A DNA stretch of 52,844 bases from Candidatus Micrarchaeota archaeon UBA95. GTDB lineage: Archaea; Micrarchaeota; Micrarchaeia; Norongarragalinales; Norongarragalinaceae. Below are positions 27,593 through 36,800 of this stretch, piece by piece. The notes beneath the pieces are model-generated. The model was not told where the DNA came from and ran no database searches. It saw nothing but the letters and a program-made list of their open reading frames with translations. Position numbers and translations under genes: made by a program. How positions within the stretch are numbered: the first letter of the stretch is position 1; every line of letters starts with the position of its first letter. The stretch is from NCBI GenBank assembly GCA_002499405.1, contig DALH01000012.1, forward strand, positions 1-52,844. The letters are read 5' to 3'.

Positions 27593-28159
27593 CTATTGCC
27601 TGCAAACCCTCAAAAAGTTTTCAAGGATTTTCTCGCCGTGCTCGGTGTGTTCTACTTCGGGATGGAAAAGCGTGCCGTAAACGGGTTTGGACTCGTGCTT
27701 GAAGGCGTGCCACTTCACCGACTCGGAGGACGCGAGGAGGCGGAAGCCGGGAGCGCTCACCACCTCGTCGTTGTGCGACGCCCACGCCTTAAACCTTTCC
27801 GGCAACCCTTCAAACAAGTCGTCGCTTTCAACGACCTTTACCTCGACCTCGCCGAACTCCGGCGTTTTTGCCGGCGCAACCACTCCGCCGAAATGCGTTG
27901 CAATCAATTGCTGGCCCGCGCAAATGCCGAGAACGGGCCCCTCAAAACCGTCCAAGTAAGCCGAACAATTTCCCAAGACGCCCGCCTCGCCCTGGCCCAC
28001 GAGCGCGGCTCCCCCGCTGAACACTAGGCCGTCCGCGTCGCACAACCCGTCTAGGTGCGTGGTGTTCGGGACGAGCGCGGTTTCAACGCCCAAGTCGCGC
28101 AGCCGCCTCCAGATGCGGTGCTCCCACTGCGAACCGTTTTGCACCACCAAAACCTTCAT
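27593..28159 (-). CDS. guaAA: GMP synthase [glutamine-hydrolysing] subunit A (class I glutamine amidotransferase)
   Basis: Nucleophile elbow GICAGQQL and the C-terminal catalytic dyad motif LFHPEVEHTEHG. The 188-aa stand-alone GATase is typical of archaea. Confidence 0.9.
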   Translation of the reverse strand: MKVLVVQNGSQWEHRIWRRLRDLGVETALVPNTTHLDGLCDADGLVFSGGAALVGQGEAGVLGNCSAYLDGFEGPVLGICAGQQLIATHFGGVVAPAKTPEFGEVEVKVVESDDLFEGLPERFKAWASHNDEVVSAPGFRLLASSESVKWHAFKHESKPVYGTLFHPEVEHTEHGEKILENFLRVCRQ

Positions 28160-28165
28160 TCAACA

Positions 28166-28205
28166 ACTCACTCCTATTCTACCGTCCCCGGCGGCTTGCC
28201 CGTGC
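28166..28205 (-). repeat. degenerate duplicate of the last ~12 codons of guaAB, placed just upstream of the guaAA start
   Basis: Hand alignment of 28166..28203 against 28267..28304 matches 32 of 38 positions, including the block CCCGGCGGCTTG and ACTCACTCC (GGAGTGAGT on the coding strand). Confidence 0.8.
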
Positions 28206-28209
28206 CCAC

Positions 28210-28234
28210 CTTCTTTCTTTCAAAAAGAAAGAAG
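28210..28234. repeat. perfect 11-bp polypyrimidine/polypurine hairpin (CTTCTTTCTTT-CAA-AAAGAAAGAAG)
   Basis: Read directly from the sequence. It lies between guaAB and guaAA, flanked by the duplicated guaAB 3' end. Confidence 0.85.
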
Positions 28235-28269
28235 CTAGGCGCACCAAGAAAGAAACGCTTCACTCCAAC

Positions 28270-29220
28270 TCACTCCCACTCCACGGTTCCCGGCGGCTTG
28301 TCCGTCAAGTCGTAGACCACGCGGTTGACGTGTTGTTTCAGCGAGTTGCAGATGCGAATTGAAATGCGTTTGAGCAACGGATTCGGCAGTTGCGATGAAG
28401 CGGCGGTCATTGCGTCCAGGGACTGCACCGCGCGCACCACTATCGTCCAGCCGTAAGCCCGCTTGTCGCCCTGCACCCCGACGCTCCTGACAGGCAACAA
28501 CGCCGCATAATACTGCCACGGCTTCTCGCATTCCCCGCGCTCCACCGCGGCCTCTATTTCCTCTTCAACTATGGCGCACGCCTCGCGGACCAACCCCGCT
28601 TTTTCCGGGGTCACCTCGCCGAGAACGCGAATCGCGAGGCCGGGGCCCGGAAAGGGCTGGCGCGAGTAAACGTCTTCGGGCAGGCCCACCGCCTTCCCGA
28701 CCTTGCGCACCTCGTCCTTGTACAAGTCGCGCAACGGCTCCACCAGGGTCAGCTCTAAGTCCTTTGGGAGGCCGCCAACGTTGTGGTGGCTCTTGATGTT
28801 GTCGCGTATCCCCGAACCCGACTCAATCCAGTCCGGCGCAATCGTGCCCTGAACCAGCCACTCCGCGCCGAACTCCCTTGCCTCCTCCTCGAAGATGCGG
28901 ATGAACAATTCGCCGATTCGCTTCCTCTTCTCCTCCGGGTCAACCACGCCCTTCAACGCGTCAAAGAAGCGTTGCTGCGCCTCAACCTTTTTCACGCTCA
29001 ACCCGACCCGAACGAAGTTCTCCATAGCCGATTCTGCTTCGTTCTTGCGGAGGAGGCCCGTGTCCACGAAAACGCATTTGAGTTGGTCGCCCACGGCGCG
29101 CTGCACGAGTATTGCGGCGACAGTGGAGTCCACGCCGCCCGAAACCGCGATGATGCCTTTCCCCTTGACGGACTTCAACTCGTCCGCCTTGGATTCGGCG
29201 AAGCGCTTGGCGTCAAACAT
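28270..29220 (-). CDS. guaAB: GMP synthase subunit B (ATP pyrophosphatase / dimerisation domain)
   Basis: PP-loop SGGVDSTVAA and the conserved C-terminus KPPGTVEWE. Confidence 0.92.
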   Translation of the reverse strand: MFDAKRFAESKADELKSVKGKGIIAVSGGVDSTVAAILVQRAVGDQLKCVFVDTGLLRKNEAESAMENFVRVGLSVKKVEAQQRFFDALKGVVDPEEKRKRIGELFIRIFEEEAREFGAEWLVQGTIAPDWIESGSGIRDNIKSHHNVGGLPKDLELTLVEPLRDLYKDEVRKVGKAVGLPEDVYSRQPFPGPGLAIRVLGEVTPEKAGLVREACAIVEEEIEAAVERGECEKPWQYYAALLPVRSVGVQGDKRAYGWTIVVRAVQSLDAMTAASSQLPNPLLKRISIRICNSLKQHVNRVVYDLTDKPPGTVEWE

Positions 29221-29303
29221 ACCTCATTAATGCACGCTGAAAATAAAACCTTGTTGGAGAATTAAACCAAAACCAGAAAAAGCTTTAACCGCAAAAAGCA
29301 TTC

Positions 29304-29939
29304 GTGGAACCGGCAAGGAAAAGGAACAGGGAACTGCTTGACAAATACAGTGGGAACGGCATCGTCTGGAAGGACGACTTGAACGCGTATTTCGGCCAAG
29401 CGGAAAAGTTTTTCGGGCCATCCCTCAAAGGCAAGCGCGTCCTGAACCTTGGCTCCGGCGACTCCGCGGGACGCGAAAAAGAGAGCTGGCTCGCAGCCAT
29501 GCTGAGGGACCGCGGAGCAGACGTGGTTGACCTTGACCACAGGCCCCCGAAAAGGAGGCCCGCGGTGCGTGCCGACCTTCTGGAAAAAAATCTTCCCTTC
29601 AAGGAAAAGGTTTTTGACTACGTGGTAAGCACCCAGGTATTTGAGAGAATGGGTTGCGAACCCGGCGAAAAACAGGCGCGCAACCTCGCACGCGAAATAA
29701 AGCGCGTCCTAAAGCCGGGCGGGGGATACTTCCAGTACACGCTGAACGAGCCCTCCCTGAAAACAAAACACTTTGAGGGAGCCGGCAAAACCGTGAAAGC
29801 TCGCGGGAAATCGGTTCCGCGCGAAGACATGGACCTGAACACGGAATTGATGATCGTGAATTCTCCCGTGCCGCTCGGCTGGATTCCGTGGCTGAGACAA
29901 CGCGGGCACGTATTGAAGTTCAAGAAAAACAAGACGTGA
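29304..29939 (+). CDS. class I SAM-dependent methyltransferase
   Basis: Motif I RVLNLGSGDS, post-I DVVDLD and motif IV-like LKPGG. GTG start. Confidence 0.65.
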   Translation: MEPARKRNRELLDKYSGNGIVWKDDLNAYFGQAEKFFGPSLKGKRVLNLGSGDSAGREKESWLAAMLRDRGADVVDLDHRPPKRRPAVRADLLEKNLPFKEKVFDYVVSTQVFERMGCEPGEKQARNLAREIKRVLKPGGGYFQYTLNEPSLKTKHFEGAGKTVKARGKSVPREDMDLNTELMIVNSPVPLGWIPWLRQRGHVLKFKKNKT

Positions 29940-30011
29940 TCTGTTCGGTCTTTGGAAGTAGTGGAATAAGGGTCTGAAAAGCCCTTAATAAGCACAAAAC
30001 AAATCAAGAAC

Positions 30012-30929
30012 ATGCGTTTCTTTGAATATCAAAAACTCTTACTTAAAACAAATCCTCGCGTGGTTCTCAACGTAAACGACCGTAAACGAATCTTAAAACC
30101 CGTGTTGAAAAAGGGTTCGATTAAGAGGTTTTGCCGTAAATACGGCTTGAATTACGACTGCATTAGGTTATGGATTGGAACTGGTAAAAAAATCAGGCAA
30201 CCAACTGCGGCGGGCTTACAAAAATTAGAAAACATTCTCGATATCAAAACAAAAAAACGAATATTCCAAGTCAACAACTCAAGGAGAATAGTGTCTGATA
30301 AAAACGTTATGCTAACCGAAGACGCTTGCATAGCAATAGGTTTATTCCTGTCTGAAGGACAGAAAACCACGAACAAGAAAATCACGTTTACGAATACGTC
30401 GGAAAAAGCCGTGTTGTTCTTCAAAAAATTTCTCAAACAAACGTTGCACGTAAAAACCAACAGAATTAAAATTTACGTTTATCACCCACGGAGGTCGCCT
30501 AACAAAGCACGCAATTACGTCAACAAAAAATCAAGCAAGACATGCTTCATCGTCTGCGCATACGACTGCTTCGCAAAAAGGGTTTTGAATAAACTAATCG
30601 GGGAGCTTGAATCGCCCACAAGCGAAGAAGCGCGCGGTTTATTGCAAGGCCTGCTTTACGGTGACGGCAACCTTGACTTCAGTGATTCAAGAAAGCATTA
30701 CGAGATAAGTATGGCCCTGGGCAAAAAGGAATGCAAAATCGCTGAAAAAACGCTTAAAAAACTCGGAATAAATTACAAGAAAAAAACTAAAAACAAAGTA
30801 GAAATCATCTCAATCCACAAAAAAAGCAACTTCGTTAAGGTTTGGCGAGCCGGGGGATTCGGAAAATTTGAAGAAGCGAAAAACGATAGGTTAAAGAAAG
30901 CCATATCAAATTACACTTACTCGAGGTGA
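30012..30929 (+). CDS. free-standing double-motif LAGLIDADG homing-endonuclease-like protein with N-terminal HTH
   Basis: The two motifs are ACIAIGLFLSEGQ and LLQGLLYGDGNL. The N-terminus GSIKRFCRKYGLNYDCIRLWI is HTH-like. The gene is strongly A/T-rich relative to its flanks and ends 10 nt before rtcB. Confidence 0.7.
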   Translation: MRFFEYQKLLLKTNPRVVLNVNDRKRILKPVLKKGSIKRFCRKYGLNYDCIRLWIGTGKKIRQPTAAGLQKLENILDIKTKKRIFQVNNSRRIVSDKNVMLTEDACIAIGLFLSEGQKTTNKKITFTNTSEKAVLFFKKFLKQTLHVKTNRIKIYVYHPRRSPNKARNYVNKKSSKTCFIVCAYDCFAKRVLNKLIGELESPTSEEARGLLQGLLYGDGNLDFSDSRKHYEISMALGKKECKIAEKTLKKLGINYKKKTKNKVEIISIHKKSNFVKVWRAGGFGKFEEAKNDRLKKAISNYTYSR

Positions 30930-30938
30930 AGCACAAAA

Positions 30939-33895
30939 TTGGAGTTTGAAGAAATGCGGGACTGCGTCTTTAAGGCGAAGGACGCCAACGTGACGATCTA
31001 CGCCAAACGCGAATTGTTTGAGGCAATGAAGGGCGACCGAACCTTCAAGCAAATCAAGAACGTTTCGCACCTGCCCGGATTGGAAGGCAACGCAATGGTC
31101 ATGCCCGATGGGCACGAAGGATACTCTTTTCAAAGCATTTGATAAGGGCCTTTAACGGTTTCCCAATCGGAGGCGTTGCCGCGTTCCGCATGGAGGACGG
31201 CGTTATCTCGCCTGGCGGAGTCGGGTATGACGTGAACTGCACCGACGGAGAAACCGCGGTTTTGTTCGAACACGGCACGTACCTTAAAATCAAGGAAATG
31301 GAAAACGGGGTCGGCGAAAGTCAAGCCCGTTTCCTTGACATCAACGGAGCGCTCGCATACGGAAACGCAAAAGTCGTCTGCTTCATGAAGAGACCGGAAG
31401 AATCCCATATATATGAAATAACCACCAGAACCGGCAAACGCATAAAAGTAACGGGCGACCACCCGATTTATACTAGGGAGGGAATGAAAAATGCGGATGC
31501 CATTAGCACAAACGATTCGGTGGCAACAACCGCGTTTAACGGCGTGCCTCACAAAGAACCAGAAAAAAAACTAATGGTAACCAAAGAAGAAATAGAAAAA
31601 ATACTTTTCGCAAAAAGAGGCAAAGTAAGAGGGAATTCCATAGCGCAAATAGTCAAAGACCTTGAAAGGCGCGGCTTGTTGCCATTAACTTCTTCACACC
31701 CGCAATTTCCATACCTCGTCAAGACGTTGGGTTACGTGTTTGGAGACGGTTCGATATCCTTTGTCAACGGAAAAAAAGGAACGACTTGGTTTTACGGCAA
31801 AGAAGAAGATTTGGAATCAATCCGCGAAGACATCAAGAAAATCGGGTTTACTCCTTCCAAAATCTATAAACGCACGAGAACACACCGCATTTCCACCTAC
31901 TATAAAAAACACGAATTCATACAGGTAGAATACAGCTTTAAGGTAGGTTCAACTGGTTTCGCGGCACTGTTGACCGCCCTTGGAACGCCTTCGGGCCTGA
32001 AGGCCACACAAGAATATGAAGTGCCCGGCTGGTTGAATCAAAGCCCCCTGTGGATTAAAAGACTGTTTCTTGCGGCTTTTTTCGGTGCCGAAATGTCGGC
32101 GCCAGCAACTCCGAACAAATACAACTTTTATGCGCCCACGCTCGGCATGAATAAACTGGAATCACTCGAATTAAACGCCGCAGAATTTTTGGAACAAATC
32201 AAAGCGTTATTATCGGATTTCGGGGTTGAAACCAGTCCAATAATGAAGGTTAAGGAATACGGAACCAAAGGAAAAAAAGGCGTCACTTGCGGCTACAGGA
32301 TTCAAGTAAGTTCAAAACCTGAAAACTTGAAAAAATTCTTTGAAACGGTTTCATTTGAATACAACAAGGAAAAATTCAAGAAAGCCTGCCTTGCAGCAAA
32401 CTACATTTACCTTAAAGAAAAGGTTAAAGAAAAAAGGAAAAGGATTCGAAAAACTGCGATAGCCCTTTATGCCGAAGGCAACTCGCCGCAAAATATTTGC
32501 AGGGAGTTATGTGACGAAAACGCTAATGAAGGATTCGTAAAGCATTCCATTTGGACAAACTACAAGGAAAACCCCCGCATTACGCCCGACTTCATGTCGT
32601 TTTCGGAATATCAAGAAAAATACGCTTGCGGTGATTCTGGAGCATCATGGGATGAAATAGAAAAAATAGAGAGAATACCCTTCGATGACTGGGTATACGA
32701 CATTACGATTGGTAACGAAAACCATAACTTTATCGCCAACGGATTCATCGTCTCAAACTGCGGGATGCGCCTGCTGCGCTCGGACCTCCAAGCCGACGAA
32801 GTGAAGCCCCGCGCAAAAGAATTGGTTGAAAGGTTTTACGCCAACGTGCCCGTCGGCGTCGGCACCAAGGCGCGCAAAACCTTTTCAAAGGAGGAACTCG
32901 GCGAAGCCGTGACGCGCGGCTTGGGCTGGGCGCTGGAACAAGACGTGGGCGTAAAAAAAGACGCCGAGCACTGCGAGGAAAACGGTTGCATGGCGGGCGC
33001 GGATTACTCCAAGGTGAGCGACCTCGCCAAGAAACGCGGAAAACCCCAGCTCGGCACCCTTGGAAGCGGAAACCATTTCTTGGAGTTGCAACGCGTGGCC
33101 CAGGTGTTCGACGACGAAAAAGCGCGCGCCTTCGGCTTGTTCGAGGGCCAGGCCACCGTAATGATTCACTCGGGTTCGCGGGGTTACGGCCACCAGATTT
33201 GCTCGGATTACATCCGCGTGATGCTTGACGCCAGCCGAAAATACGGCATTCACTTGGCCGACCCCGAACTCTGCTGCGCCCCCATCAACTCGCAGGAAGC
33301 AAGGGATTACGTTGGCGCGATGGCTTCGGCAGTGAACTACGCCTTCCTGAACCGCTTGTTCATGGCGCACTGGGTGAGGCAGTCATTTGAACAAGTGCTG
33401 GGAGGCGACTGGGAAACGCACGGCTTGCACTCAATTTACGACGTGTGCCACAACATAGCCAAATTCGAGGAACACGGCGGAAAAAAATTGTGCGTGCACC
33501 GCAAGGGCGCTACGCGCGCTTTCTGGGCGGGACGCGAAGAAGTTCCGGCCGACTACCGTTCAATTGGCCAGCCCGTAATCATTCCGGGCTCAATGCAGAC
33601 CGCTTCATACGTGTTGTGCGGCTTGGAGGGCGCGAAGGAATCGTGGGGAACCGTTTGCCACGGCGCGGGCCGCGTCATGAGCCGCCACGCAGCAATCCAG
33701 TCATTTGACTCGAACGCTCTCGTGAAAAACATGCATTCCAGAAGCATTGAAGTAAAGGCAAAAGACGCGCGCACGCTCTCCGAGGAAGCAGGGGGCGCTT
33801 ACAAGAACGTTGACGACGTGGTGGAAAGCGTTGAGCGCGCGGGCCTCGCCAAAATCGTGGCGCGGTTGGAGCCCCTCGGCGTAATCAAGGGCTAG
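30939..33895 (+). CDS. rtcB: RNA-splicing ligase RtcB, interrupted by a 32-nt BHB intron (31123..31154) and a LAGLIDADG intein (31238..32758)
   Basis: GAGGTGA lies 8 nt upstream of the TTG at 30939. Exon 1 (30939..31122) ends ...NAMVMPDGHEGY. Exon 2 (31155..) continues GFPIGGVAAFRMEDGVISPGGVGYDVN-[intein]-CGMRLLRSDL...GSGNHFLE...HSGSRGYGHQ...HRKGATRA...VIIPGSM. The predicted mature protein is 467 aa. Confidence 0.9.
31123..31154 (+). other. bulge-helix-bulge (hBHBh') intron within the rtcB coding sequence
   Basis: Central helix is A31117-A-G-G31120 paired with C31149-C-U-U31152 (4 Watson-Crick bp). The 3-nt bulges are 31121-23 (AUA) and 31153-55 (UAA) on opposite strands. Inner helix is 31124-28 with 31144-48 (C-G, U-G, C-G, U-A, U-A), extended by 31130-34 with 31138-42 and a GCA triloop. 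Outer helix is G31116-C31156 and C31115-G31157. Cleavage after the 2nd bulge nucleotide removes 32 nt and gives GGA UAC GGU UUC CCA = GYGFP. Confidence 0.78.
31238..32758 (+). mobile_element. RtcB intein with LAGLIDADG homing-endonuclease domain (507 aa)
   Basis: Starts CTDGETAVLF (block A). Block B is VTGDHPIYT. LAGLIDADG motifs are LVKTLGYVFGDGS and IKRLFLAAFFGAEMS. It ends VYDITIGNENHNFIANGFIVSN. The +1 residue is the Cys of the conserved GYD(I/V)NCG active-site motif. Confidence 0.9.
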
Positions 33896-36800
33896 CCCAC
33901 TGGCAGGAGTAACCCGTGCTGGACGAGGAGTCCGCCAGGCAGGTACAGCCAAGGTAGCTTTGACGACACTCGCTTATGCCCGGGTGTTTGAGGAAACCCT
34001 CGTAATCTGAGGACCTCACCTGCAGGCATTCATCGTTCGCCTCCTTCTGGTAGGCGTTAATGCAGTGAAACAATTTCTCGTTTGGGTCGCCCTTGCGACT
34101 GCTCCAGGCGCACGTGGAGTGCGGGCCGCACAAGTTTGCTTGCGACTCGCTTCCGCTAGAAAAAGGAAAATCCTCGTCCTGCTTGATTTGTAATGGAACG
34201 CAGTAGTCGCCCGCCTTCAACGACCGCGGGGTGTAGCAGAACTTCTGCAAATCGTCATAAAAGGATGCACAGGTCTCGCTGGGCTTGCACTGCTCGGTTT
34301 TGGTGCACAGCTTGAAGTTGAGCCCAATTATGTAGGGAAGGCACTCAACCATCTTCCGCGGGTCATCCCCAACTTTCTCAAGGCATTCTTCAAAGTCCGC
34401 ACTCTGCTCTGGCTCGCGTTCTTCCTCGGGCGCTGCGTCCGGCGCGCCTCCGCACCACGCCTCGGTGTAGTCCTCGTTGAATTCAATTAGGCAGGGCGCG
34501 CCCTCTCCCTCAAACAAGAAGTATTTGAGGAGGGGTTCGGCTTCGTCGCCGTAAAACAGCCGGCCGTCCTTCAGTTGGAGGTAAACTTTGCCCTTGGGGT
34601 CGCTGGTGGCAACCGCCTTGATTAACGCCTTGCCTTCGCCGGCTATTGACTGCTCATCGCGCTCGAAGTCGAATGCCTTGCCCCAGTCAAACCCGTACTT
34701 GTTTATGGTCAACAAGTTGGGCGAGCTGAATTCGTCCCAATCCATTTCGCCGCTTTCCTTGACAAAGGGGTAGGGAAGTGAAGTGAAGGACGGGAAGTCG
34801 GTTCCCGAATAACCGAAGGCGTCCAAGAACAAGTTGGCTATGTTCGTCTTGGAGGGGCCCGTCAAAGAGGTTTCATAGACCTCGTTCCACGGCGTGCCGT
34901 CTATTTGGTCCACGAGAACCCAGTCATTTGTCCCGCCGCCAAACGCGTTCGCGGGGTCGAACTGGAATGTCAGCAGGCGTATTCCGCCGGCTTCGCCGCT
35001 CTTCACGGTTTCCCCGCTAACCTTCACGGGAACTATTACCTTGAGGTCACTCAAGTCAATTATTGGTTCCAAGTGCTGGAGCGTACCCTCGCGCGGGGTG
35101 AGCATGCCTTTCAAACCCGTCTTGAACGAGGCCCAGAACTGGGGCCCGTATTGCTGGGATGAACCCACCAAGTAATTGAATAATTGCGAGTTGCACGTCG
35201 TGAACTGGAAGGCGTCCCCGTAAATATCGCCGAAGGACGTGCCGGTTTCCTGAACCGTAGTCAACTCGGCGGAACAAGACAACTTGAGTTGCTCCAACGG
35301 GTCTCTGCCTATTGCCTTGCACGCCTCGTAAGTCACCTTGGCGGCCACATAGTCCGCGATTGCGTCATCCAACGCCTTCTCGAACATGTCCGCGGTCCCG
35401 GTGACCAGCGAGGCCTCGTCCACCTTGTCCAGCCCCTCGTAAAACTCCTGGTACGCGTCGTTTACCACGCGCTCTATTTCCTGCTTGACGTCTTCAAGTT
35501 CGGTGGGGGTGCAGTAACCGGTCCGCGAACAGCGGAGCAACCCGCTTTCAACTGCGCCGGGGTTGCCCACCACGTCGGCTATATAGTAATCGGGTCCTGC
35601 CTTAGACGCTTCAAAATGGGCTTGCCCGACCTCGTCAACTCCCCTCTTAATCGCGACTAAGCCGTCCTCACCGGCTTTTAGTTCGGCGTAATCCCAGCCC
35701 AACGGCTCCAACACCATTTGGTTGGACAATCCCTCACCTGAAACCGTGAAGGTCGCATCTTCGCCGCCGGTTTGCACGTTGTTCGCTGCGAGCACGGGTT
35801 CGCGCGCGGAGGGGTTGCGGTAAACTATTTCGCCGCCCAGCGGCATCAAAATCAAGCCGAGTTCGGACAAGGATTCGTCTTCCTTCACCGTGAACCTGAT
35901 TTTCACTTCGCGGCTGGATAACCCGGAAGTTGAAACCTTTAATTCAATTGTCCACGGCTCCGAATGCGCGAGGGTGAGCCGGCCGTCGGATTCGTAAACG
36001 AAGTCCATGCAGCCCTTCTCGGAGGGATCAAATATCAACGCGTAAGTGCGGTACTGGTTCGCGGGAAGCATCAGCGCCTGGCTTCCAAGGTCCACGAGGT
36101 TCGTCACCAGCGAGCGCAGCGTGGGTCTATCGCGCTCCAAGTCAACCAATTTGAAGCACGTCCCCGTGCCCCCCTTCAGGAATATCTGGGTGTCCTGGCC
36201 GAACGAGTTCTTCACGGAGAACGCGATGCCGTTCGTGGGAATGAGCGCGCTGATTTCCTTTGTGCACGTGAGCGAAGTGGTTCCGCTGCACCCTTCTCCG
36301 CCCGCCGAGACCTGCAGGCCGTAAGGCGAGACCACTATGTAGTTGTCGGCGGTTGAAGCAATGTAACTTGATGTCTCGGAGGGGTTGAACAACTGGTTCG
36401 CGTGGTATTGTGCGAGGCGCCGCGCGAGAATTGACGCGAAGTTGAAGTTCGCCGGCTCGCACTCCTCGGCTGAAAACTGGGTGCAAGACGAGTAAACGCG
36501 GGAACCATTAAAATAATTCGCGTATTGCGCGAGGCACTCGCCTTCCGCCTGCAACTCCAGGCACTCTGCTTCGGTGCACAATGCGCAGTGCTCGGCCGAG
36601 CACTCGTATTCCTCCAAGCCGGCGGTGGTCTTGTTCAACTCGCACGAAACAAAAGAGTAATTCCCGTCGGGCAGAATTGAGTACTCGGGGTAACAATAAT
36701 CCCCTTTCTCCATGAGGTTGAGGCACTGCGCCTCGTTGCACGCCCCGCAGTTCGCCGAAGAACAATTCTCCGAAGCGTTGACTTCCGGCTTCAGCTCCGC

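Noticed and set aside
31125-31162. I first read the rtcB break as a 32-nt insert flanked by TTT direct repeats (GYSF|...|PIGG). I considered -1/+2 programmed frameshifting, T4 gene-60-style translational bypass (take-off UUU 31128, landing UUC 31160), a split gene with a TTG restart at 31139, or a simple pseudogene.
   Set aside because: With splice points at those positions no BHB could be drawn. A frameshift would insert about 10 foreign residues into the invariant GYGFPIGG motif, and no SD precedes TTG 31139. Moving the junctions 5 nt upstream (31122|31123 and 31154|31155) gives a perfect BHB and the exact consensus motif, so the intron model explains the data much better. Pseudogene or assembly artefact remains the formal alternative and is listed under would_refute.
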